A program made the translations under genes and the position numbers. Source: the human T2T-CHM13v2.0 reference genome, Homo sapiens. Taken from it: DNA of 64,000 nt. Below, one piece after another: positions 55,421-64,000 of the stretch (position 1 is the stretch's first letter; every line of letters starts with the position of its first letter). The stretch lies in assembly GCF_009914755.1 (NCBI RefSeq), contig NC_060947.1; one strand, written 5' to 3'. The notes under the pieces are model-generated. The model saw nothing but the letters and a program-made list of their open reading frames with translations. It was not told the origin of the DNA and did no database searches.

Positions 55421-56694
55421 TCATAAATATACTTAATCCATTGTTTATCTGTTGAGATTTTACTCAACATATCAGCTTATTATTTAAAAAATTCATACAA
55501 ATTCATAAAGTAGTCAATAAAATATAAATTTGTAAAATAGTCAATAATCAAAATAATCAAAAATCAAGTGCTGCACAGCACCACTTGGGAAATATTCTTG
55601 CTAAAATAAAATAAGGTAAAATAAAATAAAATAAAACAGTTGAACATCTAGATCTAACTCACAGTTACAAGAAACTTTAAAGAAAAAGAAGAAAAAATGT
55701 TGCATGGGAATTTTAAAGACACAAATGAGACAGAATGGTATATGAACAATAGAATAAATAAACAATTATAGAAGTTAAAAGATGATAAAGATAAGATCAA
55801 AAATTCATCAAATTCTGAACAAATACACAATGAAGATAACCAACAAGACACAAATTAGTTATTTTTAACAAGATAAATAAAAATGCACAGATGCTGGCAA
55901 AATTAATCAAGAAGCACAACAACATACATAAACAGCCGAGGCAGAAAAAGGAAAAAGGCAAAAGTAGATATAAAGTGCGGATTACAAAAAAGAAAAAAAA
56001 AAGATGAATTTTACCCACAATAAACGTGAGAATGTACACGAAGTCGCCAATTTGCTAGAAAAGAGTAACATGAAATTTAACTCAACAATATTGTAATAAC
56101 AAATAAATTGGATCAGTATTTTAAAATTTAAAATGACCACAAACAAAAGCCTCAGTGGTTTTCAGGCAAATTTTACCAAATTGCAAAGAAAAGATAAATC
56201 AAATTTTGTAAACGTATTTCAAGAGAATAGAAAAAAAGGAATAGAATACTCCACAACTAATTCAATGATGACAATATACACTCAATAGCGAAAACTGATT
56301 ATGGCAGAATAAGAAAGACAAATTGGAGGCCAAAACACTTATTAACATAAACTCAAAGATCCTAGACAACATATTAGCAAAAAAAAAAAAAACCCACAGT
56401 GTACAAAAAGAAAACCTCCACATAGTGACCAGTTTGGCATGACTGAGTTGCATTTTTATAACAGTACACTGACTGCTATGTTGAGAAGAGACTGACATGG
56501 GAGAAGAGGCAGAAGGTAGAAGCGCAATCAAGAGCAGGATTGCAAGGTAAAATTTGTATTTGCTAAATCTAATCTAGCAACTCTAGTTAAGCGATTATTG
56601 CAATAATTGAGATGAGGCATGTTGGTGGCTTATACCAAGATTGTGGAAGGGAAGATGGTGAAAAGTGTTCAGATTCTGGAAACATTTTTATGTT

Positions 56695-57090
56695 AAATAC
56701 CACATGATCTCACTCATATGTGGAATCTAAAAAATTGATCTCAGAGAAGTAGAAAGTAGAACAGTGGTTACCAAAGACCGGGGAGGATATGGGGAAGAGC
56801 GGAGGAGGAAACATTGGTCAACAGGTACAATGTTACACCTATATAAGAGGAATAAGTTCTGACACTCCATTGCACAGTAGAGTGACTATAGCTAACAACA
56901 ATGCATTGTATATTTCAAATAGCTAGAAGAGAGGATCTTAAGTGTTTTCATCACAAAAAAATGATAAATGTTTTAGGTGATGGATATGTCAATTATTCTG
57001 ATTTGATCATTATGCAATGTATAGATGTATCAAAACATCACATTGTACCTCACAAATATGTACAATTATTACATGTCAGTAAAAAATACA
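56695..57090 (+). mobile_element. L1MA4-7-like 3' end
   Basis: 'aaataccacatgatctcactcatatgtggaatctaaaaaattgatctc...gtatatttcaaatagctagaagagagga...aaatatgtacaattatt'. Confidence 0.85.
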
Positions 57091-57149
57091 ACAGATTTTC
57101 TGATGGATTGAATATGAATTATTTTCTATCCTTCTCTCTGTCACCACTT

Positions 57150-57735
57150 GCCCTACATTGTTCTAGGGTTTTAGCCTCCATTACCGCACTTCTAAAATAG
57201 CCTTCCGATTGCTCTGTTTCTTCTAACCCTGCCCCACTACAATTCCAAATTCCAGTTTAAATAATATTCCTAAAAGTGCAAATCTGATTATTTACTACCT
57301 AAGTCTTTTCAATGACTTACTTTTGCCCTTGGGGTAAAGTCTAACTCCTAAAAATAGATGTCATTCACTCTTTGGCCCCATGACTACATGGCCATCCTCA
57401 AGGCACTCTCTTCCACTAAGCAAACTCCACTTTCTGTCTGGCTATATTCTATTTATTCTCTAGTTCTGAACCTAAACATGACATTCTCAAAAAAGCCATC
57501 ATTAAGGAAGATTTTGTTCCATTGCCATAGGATCCCATAAAATTCTAGTTTCTCCTATCATAACATTCATCAAGTTACATTATAACCACTTATTTAATTG
57601 AATGGTTTCTTCAATTGTTCATTAACTTTGAGGCAGTGTGCAATGTAACTGTCTTGTTTATTATTGTTTCCCTAGACCTTAAAGAACACTTGACATGGAG
57701 TACATAGCCAATAAATATTTTAAATGAATGATTAA
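57150..57735 (+). mobile_element. LINE-2 3' remnant
   Basis: 'caaatctgatta...' through the L2-type end 'ccaataaatattttaaatgaatga'. Confidence 0.65.
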
Positions 57736-58285
57736 AAATTAATTATGTATTTGCATTTCACATATGCACAATGGTCATTGAGACTTCCAAATTAACAAAT
57801 GAAGGTGCTTCATAACACCACACTAATGATGTCACGAGTTATTATATTTGCTAACAATTTGTCCTTAGAATGAGTTTATTTTTTCCTTAACTTAAAGAAT
57901 GCATTTATATTATGTCACAAAACTTAATTATAACAGTACATTTTGACATTTTACCTTAAAAATAATTACTTCAATCTCTGGTTAACTATAACTTACTTCA
58001 CTTCCACAATGTGAAAATAAAACGGACTTTTTATTTCTACATGTTTCATTTAACTAGCAATCAATAAGATGACAGAGAAACACGTACAGATTGGATGATA
58101 TTTCTTTCTTCTACTATAACAAATGGTGAAACACTAAAGTGACTCTAAAATGGAAGTCAACGAGACAGAAGGATTATAAATGAAATGGGGGCATATTTAA
58201 AACTTTGGGGAAGGATTAATAATCTAAGTTTGCATGTGACTGATAAAATGAATGTCATATCAAAATAAAATTAAAGATTTAATAA

Positions 58286-58603
<318 letters not shown>

Positions 58604-59345
58604 CATACTCTTTTTAAAAGCAGTATCCTTTCTAGTTCTAGCACTAATTTGGCCCAGCATCAATTCCATCCTACTACCAGAGTTACTCATATGGCAGCCT
58701 CCAATGCCCAGAATTTAATTACTAATAACTTTTCTCTTCCTCTGTGATATCCATCTTGGGTAATAGCTGATCCTATGATGTGGAACATGTTATAGCTACC
58801 CAAAAGTGAGGAGGATTTCAAAGATATCTTGAATAGTGCTATCAGAACAATTGAGCTCAGTTAAAAAATGATTCTCAATGTCTAAATTCTGACAATATAT
58901 GTGTAACACAGAAAATACTACTGTAATTTGTAACAAGTTGAGTCTGTGAATAAAAGCGTGACTCTAATTACAATCATAAAAAGAAAATTTACTATAATGT
59001 TGAAAAAGAAAGTTGTAATACAAATGAAAAGTGATATCATAATTATATTTAATTTACTAGTTAATTTTAAAGATAACGGGTATAACATATAGAATTTTTT
59101 TTCTGTTAATTATCTATCTATGAAGAATAAACTTATATAGGTCTTAAGTCAACTTGTTTAAGAATAGTAAGACCCTACAGCAATAAATTGATTGTTATTC
59201 GTGGTCTTTCATCGTATTTAGGAAGAAAGAAATTTTAAATGGTTTAGCAGGATGAAGAAAGAACAAAATATCATGTTTCTCATTGTCCAGGATATGAAAT
59301 GTCTGAATGATAACACTAAATAAAATTAAATAACGATAAGACTTA

Positions 59346-59862
<517 letters not shown>

Positions 59863-60239
59863 TTAAAGGGTACAACTATATGTATATCCCATGCCCTATT
59901 TGATTAGCAATTGGTTGGTATCCAGAACCTGCAAATTTTACTGGTCTTAACACTTGGCTTGTTTCCAACCTAAATACCAAGATAACTATCACTGTAAACT
60001 TTCCATGTCTGCTTGTGGAGACAGAATATTTCCGTTCTATTGAAATAACTTCCTAAAAGTGAAAATGCTCAGTCAGAAGTGTATAAACATGCTAAATATT
60101 CAATATAATTTGCCAAATTGTTATTTGGAAAGTTCGTAGTAATATACATTATAAACAGTAATGTATCTATGTTTCCTATAGATTTAGGAATTATAGATTA
60201 TAGATTTAATCCCAGTTACTATTTTCCAGGCTTATACAT

Positions 60240-62995
60240 TTGCGAGTTGTTTCCTCTGTCTTAATCATTTCCGAAGTTTTTAATAAATCCTATATATGAT
60301 GACTCGAAGACTTGTATATCTGTCAAAGAACCCTTCTGAGAAATCCAGACCCAATCACCTTACTGAAATTGTCATTTAAATGTCTCAAAGGAAACTCACA
60401 TTTAGCAATCCCCCACACTGTACATGTAACTTTCTCTCCAACACTGAACCCACCTCTTCTAAGATATTTTCTTAGTGAAAAGCATCAATGTCCAATAAAT
60501 TGCACACACCAAAAACCAAAAAGTTTTTAGTCCAGTATATCTTTTTTTTTCCTTTTTGAATTTTTATTTTAGGTTCAGGGTGTACATATGCAGATTTGTT
60601 ACATGAAAAAATTGCGTGTTGCATGGGCTTGGTGTACAAATGATCTGGTCACAAAGGTAATGAGCATAGTTCCCAATAGGTAGGTTTTTTAGCCTCAGTC
60701 TCTTCCCAGTCTTCACCCTCAGGTAGGCTCTGGTGTCTATTCTTCCCCTCTTTGTGTCCATGTGTACTCGGCGTTTAGCTGCCGCTTTGAAGTGACATTG
60801 TGGTATTTGGTTTTCTGTTCCTGTGCTAATTTGCTTAGGATAATGGCCTCCAACTCTATCCATGTTGCTGCCAAGGACACGATTTCATTCCTTTTTATGA
60901 CTGTATAGTATTCCATGGTGTATTTGTACCACATTTTCTTTGTCCAGTCCACCGTTGATGGGCATCTCGATTGAATCTATATCTTTGCTATTGTGAATAG
61001 TGCTGTGATGAACATACACGTGCTTGTGTCTTTTTGGTAGAATTATTATATTCCTTTTGGTATGTACTCAGGAACGGGATTGCTGGGTCAAATGGTAGTT
61101 CTGTTGCAAGTTTTTTGAGAAATCTCCAAACTGCTTTCCACAGGGGCTGAACTAATTTACATTTCCACCAGCAGTGTATAAGCATTCCCTTTTTTCTGCA
61201 ACCTTACCAACATATGTTACTTTCTGGCTTTTTAATAATAGCCATTCTGACTGGTATGAGACAAGATCTCACTGTGGTTTTGATTTGCATTTATCTGGTG
61301 ATTAGTGATGATGAGCATTTTTTCATATGCTTGTTGACCACATGTGTATCTTCCTTTAAGAAGTGTTTGTTCACATCCTTTGCTCATTTTTTAATGGGGT
61401 TGTTTTTGATTGCTGAATTGTTTAAGTTCTCTATAGTTTCTGGATATTAAACCCTTGTCAGATGCATAGCTTGCAAATGTTTTCTTACGCTGTTTGTTTA
61501 CTTTGTTGATAGTTTCTTTTGCTGTGCAGAAGTTCTTTGGTTTAATGAGGTCCCACTTGTCTGTTTCCTTTTCTGTTGCAAGTGCTTTTGCAGACTTTGT
61601 CATGAAATCTTTGCCAAGCCAAAGCCTATGCCCAGAATGGTATGTCCTAGATTTTCTTCTAGGGTTTTAATAGTTTCAGATTTCACATTTTTGTCTTTAA
61701 TCCAATTTGAGTTGATTTTTGTATATAGTGAAAGGAAGGGGTCCAGTTTCAATCTTCTGTGTATGGCTAGCCAGATATCCCAACATCATTTATTGAATAG
61801 GAAGTCCTTTCCCCATTGCTCGTTACTGTAGACTTTGTCAGTGATCAGATTAGTTGTAAGTTTGCAGCTTTATTTCTGGGTTCTATAACCTGTTCAGTTG
61901 GTCTATGTGTCTGTTTTTGTACCAGTACCATGCTGTTTTGGTTACTGTAGCTTTGTAATACAGTTTGAACTCAAGGTAGTGTGATTCCTCGGGCTTTTTT
62001 CTTTTTGCTTATAATTGCTTTGGCAATGCTCTTTTCTGTTTCCATATGAATTTTAGAATTTTTTTTTCTAATTCTGTGAAAAATGTTATTGGTCATTTGA
62101 TAGAAATAGCATTGAATCTGTAAATTACTTTGGTCAGTATGGCCCTTTTAACGACATTGATTCTTCCTATATATGAGCAAAAGAATGTTTTTCCATTTGT
62201 TTGCATTGACTTTAATTATTTTTAGCAGTGTTTTGTAATTCTAGTAGAGATCTTTCACCTCCCTTGTTAGCTGTATTCCTAGATATTTTATTCTTCTTGT
62301 GGCTATTTTGAATTAGTCCAGGATATCTTTAAACTGTCCACTATTTCCTTGTCATCACTGTCGATCTAATTCATCATCTCTGGAGATGCACAAATAAAAT
62401 AGCACCTTTAATGATTTTAGTATATTTTAATTGTTCTTTTAAAATATATTCCTTATACCTTCAAACACTGTGAACTTTAAAAAATGTGAATCCGAACATG
62501 TCACTAGGACACACACACACACACACACACACACACCTTAATCAATGGTTTCCTGTGTTTTGCAGATAAAGACCGAAAATATTAATAAGGCCTATAAGGC
62601 CATGCATGGTCTGTCTCCTACCACTTCCCATACCTCGTGTGTACCCCATGACTCCCTTTTCTCCTCTATAGTCACAGTGACTTCTTTTGGGTCTCTAACC
62701 ATGTCATGGTTACTCCCTTCCCAGGATCTTTGAATATACTTTTCCCTTCGACCCACTGACCCTAATTTTTCATGCTAATTTTTAGATCTCAATTCAACTA
62801 AAATTTCTAAGGGATCCTTTTTGGCTGCCTTGGTGGCTCATATCTCCCAGTTATACATACTGTAGCACTTCCTAAGTATAACAAGGAGCAATACGTGAAA
62901 TTTGGTCTACTATTTTATCCCAAGTTCTTAGCACAGTGTCTGCACCTAATAATGGTAGTACAGATAATTATTATTAAATATTTGATGAATATTTG
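60240..62995 (+). mobile_element. LINE-2 remnant split by an L1 insertion; (CA)n at ~62510-62536
   Basis: L2-like 'aatggtttcctgtgttttgcagataaagaccgaaa...ggcctataaggccatgcatggtctgtctcc' and end 'cttagcacagtgtctgcac...taaatatttgatgaat'. Confidence 0.65.
60544..62312 (-). mobile_element. L1PA16/17-like 3' 1.8 kb with TSD
   Basis: Reverse 3'UTR and ORF2 peptides ([23 protein letters not shown]). TSD ttagtccagtatatctt / ttagtccaggatatctt. Confidence 0.9.
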
Positions 62996-63109
62996 ATAAA
63001 TAACTTATATTCATGCTGGCTAGAATGTATCTTCAAGTGTTTCATATGAGATAGATGAGATAGCATGAGCAGTTCACTTTCTCTGCCCTATCCACATGAT
63101 TAACAAACT

Positions 63110-63282
63110 ACCTGACATATATATATGTGTGCGTGTGTATGTGTGTGCACACGTGTGTGTGTGTACAGACATCTGGCATAAATATATATATTTATATGCC
63201 ATACATGTATATTTATATGCCATACATATATATTTATATACATACATACAATATATGTATGCATATATATATGTATGTATTA
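63110..63282. repeat. (TG)n/(TA)n compound low-complexity repeat
   Basis: Directly visible. Confidence 0.85.
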
Positions 63283-63469
63283 ATTCCTTTCTCTGTAGAA
63301 ATATATTGGATTTTATTTTACTTTCTCCTGCACTTATTATGCAGAGGTTTCAAAAGTCATTTTTACTCTTTGGAGTAAAAGGGTTGTCTTCCTCCCCTTT
63401 TGATTATAGAATTATTATTTTTTTCTCGAAATGTTTTACAAACTCACTGGGATAAGATGAGGTATTTGT

Positions 63470-63876
63470 CTTTTTTTAATTTTATTTTTCCATAAGTTAT
63501 TGGGGTACATGTGGTATTTGGTTACATGAGTAAGTTCTTTAATGATGATTTGTGAGATTTTGGTGCACCCATCACCCATGCTGGGTGGATGCACCATATT
63601 TGTAGTATTTATCCCTCGCCCCCCTTCCATTCTTCCACTCAAGTCCCCAAAGTCCATGGTATCATTCTTATGCCATTGTGTCCTCATAGCTTAGTTCCCA
63701 CATATCAGTGAGAACATATGATGTTTGGTTTTCCATTCCTGAGTTACATCACTTAGAATAATAGTCTCCAATGTCATTCAGATCACTGCAAACACTGTTA
63801 ATTCATTCATTTTTATGGCTGCATATTATTCCATCATATATATTTGTGTGTATATACATATATATACATATATATG

Positions 63877-63920
<44 letters not shown>

Positions 63921-64000
63921 CAGCTTCTTTATCCACTCGTTGATTGATGGGCGTACGGGCATTTGGGTTGGTTCCACGATTTTGCGGGTGTGAATTGTGC
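63470..64000 (-). mobile_element. L1PB1-like 3' end; continues off the right edge; internal (TA)n(CA)n
   Basis: 'ttccataagttattggggtacatgtggtatttggttacatgagtaagttcttt...gtcctcatagcttagttcccacatatcagtgag' is the reverse complement of the element type at 1-1815. Confidence 0.92.

Overview
AT-rich primate, most likely human, non-coding DNA (intergenic or deep intronic). Roughly half is LINE-1 by my rough tally, spanning L1M/L1MA/L1MB/L1MC, L1PB1 and L1PA2-16-type pieces, many nested. It also holds ten Alus plus a monomer fragment, THE1, MLT2A and MLT1 LTRs, a MER6-family DNA transposon, MIR/L2 remnants and microsatellites. I found no supportable host protein-coding exon: the ORFs I could place fall in repeats or look like chance frames. 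I see no evidence of a new multi-gene system. The most interesting items are retrotransposition oddities: (1) an orphan, complete L1PA 5'UTR cut off just after the ORF1 ATG, with a nonsense-mutated ORF0 and candidate downstream non-coding exons; (2) a ~65 bp twin-primed L1 insertion; (3) a tailless 32-nt U6 retrocopy with a TSD; (4) a chimeric over-long THE1 LTR; (5) three inverted Alu pairs. Subfamily names come from remembered consensus motifs and need RepeatMasker/Dfam confirmation. Boundaries of old repeats are approximate.
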